UHGV virus genome: UHGV-0195539
Source: a virus
Strand: one strand, 5' to 3'
DNA length: 37,850 nt
The position numbers and the translations under genes are program-made. Positions 18,339 through 26,240 of the stretch are shown piece by piece (the first letter of the stretch is position 1; the number at the start of each line of letters is the position of its first letter). The notes below the pieces were generated by a model. The model did no database searches. It worked only from the letters and a program-made list of their open reading frames with translations, and was not told the origin of the DNA.

Positions 18339-19439
18339 TTATGCTTCGGGTTGCGGCTGTCCGCTTTCGGCGTTGTTGTCCGGATCTTCACCTGCGAAGG
18401 TGATCCCCTCAATCAGCGCGCATTTTCCGTAGTCTTCCACCACGTAGCAGTCATTCATGGACTGGTAAGTCGCGATACGGTTGTATTCCGGCTCCTCGCG
18501 AATGAAACGGCGCAGTGAGCCTTTCTGGAAGTAGATCGACAGGTTTTTCAGCGACGTGATGAGCATGGCGTCTTTCGGGAAGTACGGCGCAAGATACGTC
18601 TGAAGACCACCGACGGTACGGGACGCCACAATCAGCTGCCCGGCAACAAGCTCAGTGTTCGGGTTGGTGGTGCTGATGGCGTTAATCATGGGAAGACGCA
18701 GTGTATTGAACAGATCCCGCCCCATCAGTACGACCAGATCCGGTGCGTCCTTATGCCATTCATCCAGCACGGATGAGCGGATGTCGTGCACCATGGCATC
18801 CGGGTTACCATAGTCACCTTTTGCCACCAGTTTGTTTTCATCATCGCGACGGGTCAGGGTCATCCCTTTAACCACGCGGGTGGCAGCCTTGTCGCGGATG
18901 TGTTTCAGCCAGCCCGGGTTGACGTCCTGCAGGAGAGGGTTAGTGGCACGATCGGAAATCAGCGCGTGTGACTCCCCGTTGAAACCAATCATGATTCGAT
19001 CCAGGGCTACCTGGCGGGTGATTTGCGCGCTCAGCAGTTGCTGAAAGTTTTTCTGGCTGCTCCATGCGTCAATCTGTGCGTAGCTGATGAAGGTATCGTA
19101 GTTCACCTGCTCGCAGCGGTAACGGCGTGCATCCAGATCAGCAACTGATGCAGGATTGCGGCGTTTCACTCCGTCGCTCGTTGCGTTCGTGCTGGCAATG
19201 GGGCCGCTGGTGTCAATCAGGACTTTTTCACCTTCCTGGTCATCCACACCGATAAAATTGATTTCCTGTAACAGTCCGGCGCTTTCCTTGATGGCGTTCT
19301 CCATCTTCTGCTGAATGGATGGATCCACGCTGAAGGTTTTACCCAGGCGCTCTGTTGTGATACCAGCCAGCGATGCCTGCTGAATCATATAGCGTTCCAG
19401 ACTGTCACGTCCTTCACGGGAAAGGGATAAACGGGCCAT
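18339..19439 (-). CDS. N: major capsid protein N
   Basis: IMIGFNG, SDR, NPLLQDV, GWL, EWHKDAPDLVV, YFP, AMLITSLKNLSIY, YVVEDY match P2 gpN. Confidence 0.9.
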   Translation of the reverse strand: MARLSLSREGRDSLERYMIQQASLAGITTERLGKTFSVDPSIQQKMENAIKESAGLLQEINFIGVDDQEGEKVLIDTSGPIASTNATSDGVKRRNPASVADLDARRYRCEQVNYDTFISYAQIDAWSSQKNFQQLLSAQITRQVALDRIMIGFNGESHALISDRATNPLLQDVNPGWLKHIRDKAATRVVKGMTLTRRDDENKLVAKGDYGNPDAMVHDIRSSVLDEWHKDAPDLVVLMGRDLFNTLRLPMINAISTTNPNTELVAGQLIVASRTVGGLQTYLAPYFPKDAMLITSLKNLSIYFQKGSLRRFIREEPEYNRIATYQSMNDCYVVEDYGKCALIEGITFAGEDPDNNAESGQPQPEA

Positions 19440-19456
19440 AAATTACTCTTCTCCTG

Positions 19457-20293
19457 TCAGAATTCAGCCAGTGTCTGGTCAGTGCCGCCAGCGGAAGTAA
19501 AACGCTGCTGTGGATCGGCATCCTGGTTTCTCAGTTGCGCTTTCAGTGCTGCAAGCTCGTGACTGAGCTCATCCAGCGCCGTTTTGTCGAGGGCATGTTT
19601 CTGCTCCAGAGTGCTGAAACGGTCGATAAGATCTGCATGATCGGATGCGATGTTTTCCACAACGTCGCGCAGCTGGCTGAACTGCTCGCCATCCGCTGTG
19701 CGTGTTTTGCTGATGAGTGCCATGACGCGGCTGAACCACTGACGGCTCTCTTCCGTTCGCTGTTCTGTGGTGGTAAGCATCTCTGCTTCCATGGCGACGG
19801 TGAACATGGGGGGTTCTGTTGTGCACTTACTGAACTGCATGATGCTGGCGCGTTGCTGTGCGGCAAACTCCAGGCGTTCAGTGCCCAGACTTGCTGGCGT
19901 GTCGGTCATTGCCAGACCCACAATGTAAGGCCCCTTGACGGCGTCCAGCTCAGGCAACATCTCAATGCTCGAATACACTTTTTTCCCGTCAGCAATCATG
20001 TTTTTCATGCGGTCGGTGGGTTCAATTTCGGCATATAACGCTGTACGCCCTGCCAGTTTCCCTTCGGTGATTTCATCAGTTGACAGAGCGATCAGATCAC
20101 CCACTGCGCAGAGTTCACTGGATGGCCACATCGAAAGGACGTGCTCAATGTTCACCCGGGAGGCGTAAACGGACGGGTCATAGTTTTCTGCGGCCTGACG
20201 CAGCATTTCACCAGAAATTTCACGTCCGTCGATGGTTGAACCGGAAACGGCAACGCGAAATTTTTTGCGCTCTGGCGTGTTTTTGCTTCCCAT
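19457..20293 (-). CDS. O: capsid scaffolding protein O
   Basis: KKFRVAVSGSTIDGREISGEM, PTD, GLAMTDTPASLGTERLEF match P2 gpO; internal ATG with GGAGAA SD. Confidence 0.85.
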   Translation of the reverse strand: MGSKNTPERKKFRVAVSGSTIDGREISGEMLRQAAENYDPSVYASRVNIEHVLSMWPSSELCAVGDLIALSTDEITEGKLAGRTALYAEIEPTDRMKNMIADGKKVYSSIEMLPELDAVKGPYIVGLAMTDTPASLGTERLEFAAQQRASIMQFSKCTTEPPMFTVAMEAEMLTTTEQRTEESRQWFSRVMALISKTRTADGEQFSQLRDVVENIASDHADLIDRFSTLEQKHALDKTALDELSHELAALKAQLRNQDADPQQRFTSAGGTDQTLAEF

Positions 20294-20365
20294 GGAAATT
20301 CTCCATAACCTGGTCGTTTTTCCCATGATGGCGGCAGATAACGGTGTGTCTCAAGGTGCTTAAGT

Positions 20366-20383
20366 TGTATGGCGACGGGGACA
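20366..20383. promoter_or_regulatory. candidate Ogr-dependent late promoter box (TGT-N12-ACA) in the divergent O/P intergenic region
   Basis: Exact TGT-atggcgacgggg-ACA read from the sequence, centred about 55 nt upstream of a plausible start site for P. Confidence 0.4.
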
Positions 20384-20448
20384 ACGCGGGCTGGTATCAG
20401 GCGGTATTGCTGAGGCTTAATCTTGCCCTGTTAATGTCAGGGGGTGCA

Positions 20449-22182
20449 ATGATCCAGGATGTCTTTATTCGTATGCGGGCGAAACAGCTTTACTGGCAGG
20501 GGTATACCCCGGCGGATATCGCTCAGCTGATGGGAATAAACCAGAACACGATTTATTCGTGGAAAAAACGCGATGAGTGGGATGCCACTCCCCCGATCCA
20601 GCGGGTCACCCAGTCCATTGATGCACGCCTGATACAGCTCACCGCCAAACCGGATAAAAGCGGCGGTGACTTTAAGGAAATTGACCTGCTGACGCGCCAG
20701 CTGAAAAAACTGAATGACGGTCAGGGAGAACAGGCTGTTTCCGGTAAGAAGCCCCGCAGGCGCAAACTGAAAAATCACTTCACCGAAGAGCAGATTGTCG
20801 CACTCAGGGAAAAAATCCTGCCGTCACTGGCCTGGCATCAGCGCGAATGGTACGACAACCGCCATCACCGCAACCGCATGATCCTGAAGTCGCGTCAGAT
20901 TGGTGCGACCTGGTATTTTGCGCGCGAAGCACTCCTTGATGCACTGCGTGATGATGTCTCCGCCGGGTACCAGCGCAACCAGATATTTTTGTCCGCATCC
21001 CGTCGCCAGGCGTATCAGTTCAAACACTTTATTCAGCAGGCGGCGCTGGAAGTTGATGTCGAACTGAAAGGGGGTGACAAGATTGTTTTGTCTAACGGTG
21101 CAGAGCTTCACTTCCTTGGCACATCGGCAGCAACCGCTCAGTCGTATACCGGACACCTTAAATTTGATGAATTTTTCTGGGTCAGTAACTTTGTGGAACT
21201 CAGGAAGGTTGCTGGGGCAATGGCGACACTGGAAGGGCTTACGCGAACCTACTTTTCAACACCGTCAGGTGAAACACATGAGGCGTATCAGTTCTGGACG
21301 GGGGACCGCTGGAACAGCGAACAGCCACGCTCAAAACGCAGTGAGTTTGATGTTTCACATGCGCATCTGAAGGGGGGCGTGCTCTTTCCTGACGAAACAT
21401 GGCGGCAGATTGTCACTATTGAGGATGCTGTCGCTAACGGATGGCGGTACACCAATATTGGTGTTATTCGCGGCGAAAATACAGAAAGTGAATTTCGTAA
21501 TCTGTACATGTGCGAATTTGTCCGTGATGGTGAGGCAGCCTTCAGCCTGAGTGCGCTCACCGGCTGCGGTGTTGACGGCTATGACGAATGGCCTGACTGG
21601 AAACCTTTTGCTGCCCGCCCTATGGGGGTGAGGGAGGTCTGGCTTGGGTATGACGCCAACGGCAGCAGCGGGAAGGGGGACTGCGGGGCACTGTCGGTGT
21701 GCGTGCCGCCCCTTGTTGCCGGTGGGCGTTTTCGCACGGTGGAAACTGTCAGGGTTCAGGGGATGGAGTTTGAACAGCAGGCCGCACTGATTGAGGAATA
21801 CACCCAAAAATATAACGTGAAACATATCGGCATTGATGTGACCGGCGGGAACGGGGAGGGGGTTTATCAGATTGTGAAAAAGTTTTTCCCGATGGCCGTA
21901 CCGTACAACTTCAATATCGCCTCCAAGCGGGCACTGGTCATGAAAATGCTTCAGGTGGTGCGTGCCGGACGCTGGGAGTATGACCGCAGTGAACGTGACC
22001 TGATCCAGGCATTCGCATCGGTGCGAAAAATACAGACACCCGGCGGCTATATCACCTACGACACCGACCGCTCCCGTGGCGTCAGCCATGGTGACCTCGC
22101 CTGGGCAACCATGCTTGCTGTTATCAATGAGCCAATTGGTGCGGAGCGTGAGGATAATCGCGGCTTTGCAATGGAGTTCTGA
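20449..22182 (+). CDS. P: terminase ATPase (large) subunit P
   Basis: LYWQGYTPADIAQ and IYSWKKR in the N-terminal domain; ATPase and nuclease regions throughout; ATG with AGGGGG SD. Confidence 0.9.
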   Translation: MIQDVFIRMRAKQLYWQGYTPADIAQLMGINQNTIYSWKKRDEWDATPPIQRVTQSIDARLIQLTAKPDKSGGDFKEIDLLTRQLKKLNDGQGEQAVSGKKPRRRKLKNHFTEEQIVALREKILPSLAWHQREWYDNRHHRNRMILKSRQIGATWYFAREALLDALRDDVSAGYQRNQIFLSASRRQAYQFKHFIQQAALEVDVELKGGDKIVLSNGAELHFLGTSAATAQSYTGHLKFDEFFWVSNFVELRKVAGAMATLEGLTRTYFSTPSGETHEAYQFWTGDRWNSEQPRSKRSEFDVSHAHLKGGVLFPDETWRQIVTIEDAVANGWRYTNIGVIRGENTESEFRNLYMCEFVRDGEAAFSLSALTGCGVDGYDEWPDWKPFAARPMGVREVWLGYDANGSSGKGDCGALSVCVPPLVAGGRFRTVETVRVQGMEFEQQAALIEEYTQKYNVKHIGIDVTGGNGEGVYQIVKKFFPMAVPYNFNIASKRALVMKMLQVVRAGRWEYDRSERDLIQAFASVRKIQTPGGYITYDTDRSRGVSHGDLAWATMLAVINEPIGAEREDNRGFAMEF

Positions 22183-22187
22183 ACACA

Positions 22188-23231
22188 ATGAGTAAACGCA
22201 AAAAATACACCGGAAAGCGGGGGCAGGATTCGCTACACGATGCACTGAAATCAACGCCTGCACTCAGCGCATTCACCTTTGATGGGCCCTATGAAGTCAG
22301 CCACATGGATCTCCTGGATAACATGTCATGTGCAGATAACGGGCGCTACTTTGATACCCCCATGGACTGGAACGCTATCGCCCGTGCATCCCGTCGTGCG
22401 TCCTGGCATCAGTCGGCTTTGTACTTCAAGCGCAACGCCCTGAACGGGTGCTTTGTTCCTCACCCTCTGCTGTCCCGCCAGGCGTTTTCAGCCTTTGCGC
22501 TCGACTGGTTTGTGTTTGGTAATGCCTATCTTGAAGTGCGGCGTAACAGGCTGGGGGAACCACTCCTGCTTCGCCCGGCACTGGCAAAATATACACGCAG
22601 GGGAAGTGACCTGGATACCTACTGGTATCTCAACGACGACGGTACGGAGTTCAGTTTCAGGAAAGGGACTGTGTGCCACGTGCTTAATCCTGATATTAAT
22701 CAGGAGATCTACGGGATGCCGGAATATATCGGCGGGTTGCTGTCTGTCAGCCTGTCAAACTCAGCGGATACATTCCGCAAGCTCTACTACGATAACGGCT
22801 CGCATGCCGGGTGTATTATCTATGTAGGCACACCTCAGGCGAATGCGGAAAGTGTCGAGGCCATTAAAAAAACGCTTACGGATTCCCGTGGTCGCGGGGC
22901 GTTTAAAAACCTGTTTCTTCATGCGCCGGGTGGTGGCAAGGATGGTGTGCAAATACTGCCGTTCCAGCAGATAACCGCAAAGGATGAATTCCTGAACATC
23001 AAGGGGAGCGCCCGCGACGATATCCTTGCTGCCCATCGTGTACCACCTCAACTGATGGGGGCAATGCCTGACGGGAATGCGGCGTTTGGTGACGTTGAGA
23101 AAGCGGCGAGGGTGTTTTTCATCAACGAGTTGCAACCTGTCATGGAGGCCATGAAGCATGTCAATGAATGGCTTGGCGTTGAGGTGATGCGCTTTAACCC
23201 CTATGCCCTGCTTCTGGATAACGCCAGCTGA
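22188..23231 (+). CDS. Q: portal protein Q
   Basis: 347-aa ORF immediately after the large terminase gene, P2 gpQ-like in size and position. Confidence 0.9.
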   Translation: MSKRKKYTGKRGQDSLHDALKSTPALSAFTFDGPYEVSHMDLLDNMSCADNGRYFDTPMDWNAIARASRRASWHQSALYFKRNALNGCFVPHPLLSRQAFSAFALDWFVFGNAYLEVRRNRLGEPLLLRPALAKYTRRGSDLDTYWYLNDDGTEFSFRKGTVCHVLNPDINQEIYGMPEYIGGLLSVSLSNSADTFRKLYYDNGSHAGCIIYVGTPQANAESVEAIKKTLTDSRGRGAFKNLFLHAPGGGKDGVQILPFQQITAKDEFLNIKGSARDDILAAHRVPPQLMGAMPDGNAAFGDVEKAARVFFINELQPVMEAMKHVNEWLGVEVMRFNPYALLLDNAS

Positions 23232-23258
23232 CGCGCTTCGCTTGTCTGCTGCTTCGCC

Positions 23259-23281
23259 GGGGCATAAAAAATTTATGCCCC
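23259..23281. terminator. bidirectional hairpin between converging portal gene and orphan gene
   Basis: Inverted repeat GGGGCATAAA-AAA-TTTATGCCCC seen directly. Confidence 0.45.
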
Positions 23282-23296
23282 GACTCTCCAGCTCTC

Positions 23297-23800
23297 TTAA
23301 CGGAATGCGGATGGCGTTCTTCTTTGCAGCTTGCTGATAATATGCATCTTCATACTGTTTACTATCGGCAGCCATTCCCTGTCACCGTCTCCGTTGATGA
23401 CCACGCGAATGGAGGTATCATCTTCCACGCGAACCCGAAGAGATACACCGTCTTTTCCGACGGAATGTAACTCCATTGCCAGGACTATGTTTACCGACTC
23501 TCCTTCATCGTGTGAGTCAACCCATGTTCTTACAGCCATCCGGAATATGTTATCTGTGTCGGTTGCAATCATATTTACCGGAAATGGCCTGAAGTCCCGA
23601 TCGTTTCTGCACGGAAACCCCGTATCAACGTAACGATGATGCTCGCCGTCTTTGTCTTCCCATGTCTCTGAAGGCAATTCCAGCCACTGCTCATAAAAAG
23701 CAACCAGCTTTTCAGCCTGATTGCGCAGAATCCCTGTAACCTCCCGCCTCGCGTCCCGGCTCTTTTTGTTTGCCAGGTACAAATCGCGAAAATGGCTCAT
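23297..23800 (-). CDS. hypothetical protein (orphan cargo gene, 167 aa)
   Basis: Clean ORF with its own upstream intergenic region, converging on Q; no family recognised from sequence. Confidence 0.55.
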   Translation of the reverse strand: MSHFRDLYLANKKSRDARREVTGILRNQAEKLVAFYEQWLELPSETWEDKDGEHHRYVDTGFPCRNDRDFRPFPVNMIATDTDNIFRMAVRTWVDSHDEGESVNIVLAMELHSVGKDGVSLRVRVEDDTSIRVVINGDGDREWLPIVNSMKMHIISKLQRRTPSAFR

Positions 23801-24336
23801 GTCGCTCTCCTTTGGTCTGTTTATGCCAGCCTGTATTCTGCGCTCACCTCATATTGTGCGCAAGTTTTCACCCGTGAATGACTGATACTTTAAATTCTAT
23901 TAACTTTATGATTTCAGTGATTTTTGTCTCTCTTTTTTATCCCGTTCGTCACGTCCGTTTCCCTCCCGATCTCCGACCTCGCCAGACGCAATCAGACGCA
24001 TTCTGACGGCCTGTTTCCCTGACCATGTTTTGATGTGGTTTTTCAAAACTGACTTTACTGCGTGCGTATCACGCGCCATACGACCCCAAATAAAGCAACC
24101 CGCCTTCCATCCCTCAATTCGGGCGCCCTTCCCTCGTCGCCTGCGCGCTGCAATTGCCTCGTTTTTCGTGCACCGTGCAAACCGGCCTCAGCCAGCGCCG
24201 TTACCGGGCGGAATGGGGAAAAAGTACATTAGAAAAATTGTGCAATTTCGTGCGCTTTTGTGCAGTTTTGATCTTGCGATTTTTTGTGGCAGGTGGTGAT
24301 GATATTCATCTGTCTGAATCAGTGGGAGACTGCCGG

Positions 24337-24882
24337 GTGAGAACTGTGAAAAATTACTCATATCCTTATTTAACTTTTGTCACGCTTTCTGTTTTGGGGG
24401 GGATTTTTCTTTTTATTTGGTGGCGAAACGATGTTTACAGAATTACCTACCTTTATTCGTTCACGACAAACTGCCTTGTTTCAGTGTCTGTGGTGCTTTC
24501 GGTTTTTGTCTCACTGTGCCTGTTGAAAAAGAACCTGGTTGATCGGTCTAAATTTACCGGGGTTACATCGTATCTTAAGTTTTTTTCGGGTATGTGCCTT
24601 CTTACCTGGATGATTCTGTTTACCCTCCTGGTTACGCTGATATATTTTCTTCCGGGTGAAGATTCATTCTATTCCGCTCCCTATGAGTACAGTCGCGGTA
24701 GCTCAAAAAGTTGTTCAGGGGCATTTGTTGATGATCCTGATTTGCAAAAAACAATATTTATTTGCTACCCATACGGTGACTATCAGGATGGTAATGTGAT
24801 TTATGTGAAGAAGCGTGTGAATGCGCTGGGGGCGGTGGTCACCTATGCATACGCGACAAGCGGCCGATTTCGGTTTGACTGA
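24337..24882 (+). CDS. hypothetical multi-pass membrane protein with C-terminal soluble domain (about 181 aa)
   Basis: About three hydrophobic helices then a 75-aa Tyr/Gly-rich tail. Visibly AT-rich relative to neighbours. Track ORF begins at an upstream TTG; GTG with GGGAG SD preferred, start uncertain. Confidence 0.5.
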   Translation: MRTVKNYSYPYLTFVTLSVLGGIFLFIWWRNDVYRITYLYSFTTNCLVSVSVVLSVFVSLCLLKKNLVDRSKFTGVTSYLKFFSGMCLLTWMILFTLLVTLIYFLPGEDSFYSAPYEYSRGSSKSCSGAFVDDPDLQKTIFICYPYGDYQDGNVIYVKKRVNALGAVVTYAYATSGRFRFD

Positions 24883-24897
24883 AAAAAGAAATCCTGT

Positions 24898-24921
24898 GTT
24901 ACCCTCGCTGCTGAGGGTAAC
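24898..24921 (-). terminator. rho-independent terminator closing the replication operon
   Basis: Perfect 9-bp inverted repeat GTTACCCTC-GCTGCT-GAGGGTAAC followed on the minus strand by a T-rich run. Confidence 0.55.
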
Positions 24922-24931
24922 ATGCGTGAAG

Positions 24932-25249
24932 TCATCGCCCGGTTCTTGAGCTGATAATGCTTTGCGCCAGCAACTGCCAGCCCTCTTTCTGTTGCCCGTA
25001 CTTGTCCTGATACCTGTTTACCTGCAAGTTTCCGTGCACCAGAATCAGATCGCCTTTTCTGTGTTTTGCCAGTTCTTCGTGCTGCTTCCCGAATGCAATA
25101 AGGTAAAGCCACATTGTGGTTGGCTGTTCTGCGCCATGGCAGGGTAGTGATACCGCCAGTTGTGCCGTTGTGACGTTGGTTCCTTTGGTTGTTCTCCTTG
25201 TGTTCGGGTCTGCTGCCAGTCGTCCCTCTGTTGCAACCTGTGTTGGCAT
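24932..25249 (-). CDS. SSB-like OB-fold protein (short, no C-terminal tail)
   Basis: Pattern aligns with the SSB OB-fold (e.g. WLYLIAFGKQHEELAKHRKGDLILVHGNLQVNRYQDK versus [36 protein letters not shown]); GGGAGA SD. Confidence 0.65.
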   Translation of the reverse strand: MPTQVATEGRLAADPNTRRTTKGTNVTTAQLAVSLPCHGAEQPTTMWLYLIAFGKQHEELAKHRKGDLILVHGNLQVNRYQDKYGQQKEGWQLLAQSIISSRTGR

Positions 25250-25281
25250 ATTTGTCTCCCGTGTTGGTTTTATTGTTGGGG

Positions 25282-25620
25282 TTAGATGACTGGCAGCTCT
25301 TCGCCAGCGCCGTAGATAAACAGAATTCGCTTCATGATTTCGCTGCGCTTGCAGGCTTCAATTACGGACGGCTCTTGTTGCCATTCTGCCCGTTGCGCCA
25401 GCTCCAGTCGTTCCTTTTCCGTTAGCTTCCGGTAATGCGTTATCTTGTCCGTGTACCCGTCCACAACCAGCAGCCCTTCGCGTACCATCTTCCCGGCGGC
25501 CTGATTAATGATGGTCCTTTTCACGCCCAGTTTTTCAACCAGCTCTGGTGCGCTGAAGCGTGCGTGCGTTTCCAGGTAGCGTAAAATGATTACCTTTCCG
25601 GTCATTCTGGGTGTCTTCAT
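25282..25620 (-). CDS. winged-helix DNA-binding protein (putative regulator)
   Basis: HTH-like segment FSAPELVEKLGVKRTIINQAAGKMVREGLL; ATGA overlap with the upstream gene stop. Confidence 0.55.
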   Translation of the reverse strand: MKTPRMTGKVIILRYLETHARFSAPELVEKLGVKRTIINQAAGKMVREGLLVVDGYTDKITHYRKLTEKERLELAQRAEWQQEPSVIEACKRSEIMKRILFIYGAGEELPVI

Positions 25621-25787
25621 TTGGCGGCTCCTTCGTTGTTCCGGCGTTCGCGGAGTTCGGTCAGTGCTGCCAGTAAATTTTCCCACCATGTTTCTTCCAC
25701 AACCGGATTTCGTCGTGAAAGCAGCTGCTGCGCCGACTCAATCATTTTCGTAAGCTCTTTGTCGCTGATCCTCCTGATGTCGTTCAT
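25617..25787 (-). CDS. hypothetical small protein (56 aa)
   Basis: Internal ATG with AAGGAG SD at 7-nt spacing. Confidence 0.45.
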   Translation of the reverse strand: MNDIRRISDKELTKMIESAQQLLSRRNPVVEETWWENLLAALTELRERRNNEGAAK

Positions 25788-25835
25788 GGTGTGCTCCTTC
25801 GGTTTGCTGTTTCTGGTCATGTTCATGGTCTTTTG

Positions 25836-26240
25836 TTACCTGCGTGATTGCCTGCTGGCGGCCGAATGCACATAGCGGACAATTGCCGCTTTTCGGTTAA
25901 CGACGGCCAGCGTTCTTGCCAGTTCTTCGTTGAGTTTTCTGGTCTGTTTTTCGTGGTATGCCTGCATGATTTTTCCTACGGGAGTCAGTGGTTCAGGCTC
26001 TGATATGGCGCGACGAGGGCGCACGGCAACGATGAATGCGCTTCTGTCGGTGTTGATTCTTGCAGTCAGGATGTCGGTCATAACGGTGTCTGTGCTGCGA
26101 TCGGGACTGGCGATCGTGATTTCCAGTTCGTCGCCTGGCTGCGGTCGAACACTGACGCCGCTCAGTGTCAGTGCCGGAATGCGTGCGTTCATGATGGTGC
26201 TGAAATCATGGCGCTGGAGTACGCAATGGAATCGTGTCAT
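25836..26240 (-). CDS. hypothetical protein (134 aa)
   Basis: ATGA overlap with the replication gene stop; GGAGG SD. Confidence 0.55.
   Translation of the reverse strand: MTRFHCVLQRHDFSTIMNARIPALTLSGVSVRPQPGDELEITIASPDRSTDTVMTDILTARINTDRSAFIVAVRPRRAISEPEPLTPVGKIMQAYHEKQTRKLNEELARTLAVVNRKAAIVRYVHSAASRQSRR

Noticed and set aside
21355-22263. 302-aa minus-strand ORF antisense to the large terminase gene
   Set aside because: Entirely inside the well-supported terminase CDS on the opposite strand; no SD or recognisable motifs.
24030-24299. 89-aa plus-strand ORF in the long intergenic region
   Set aside because: Lies in the GC-rich putative cos/promoter region, is Pro/Arg-rich with no SD, and overlaps the upstream TTG start of the membrane protein ORF.
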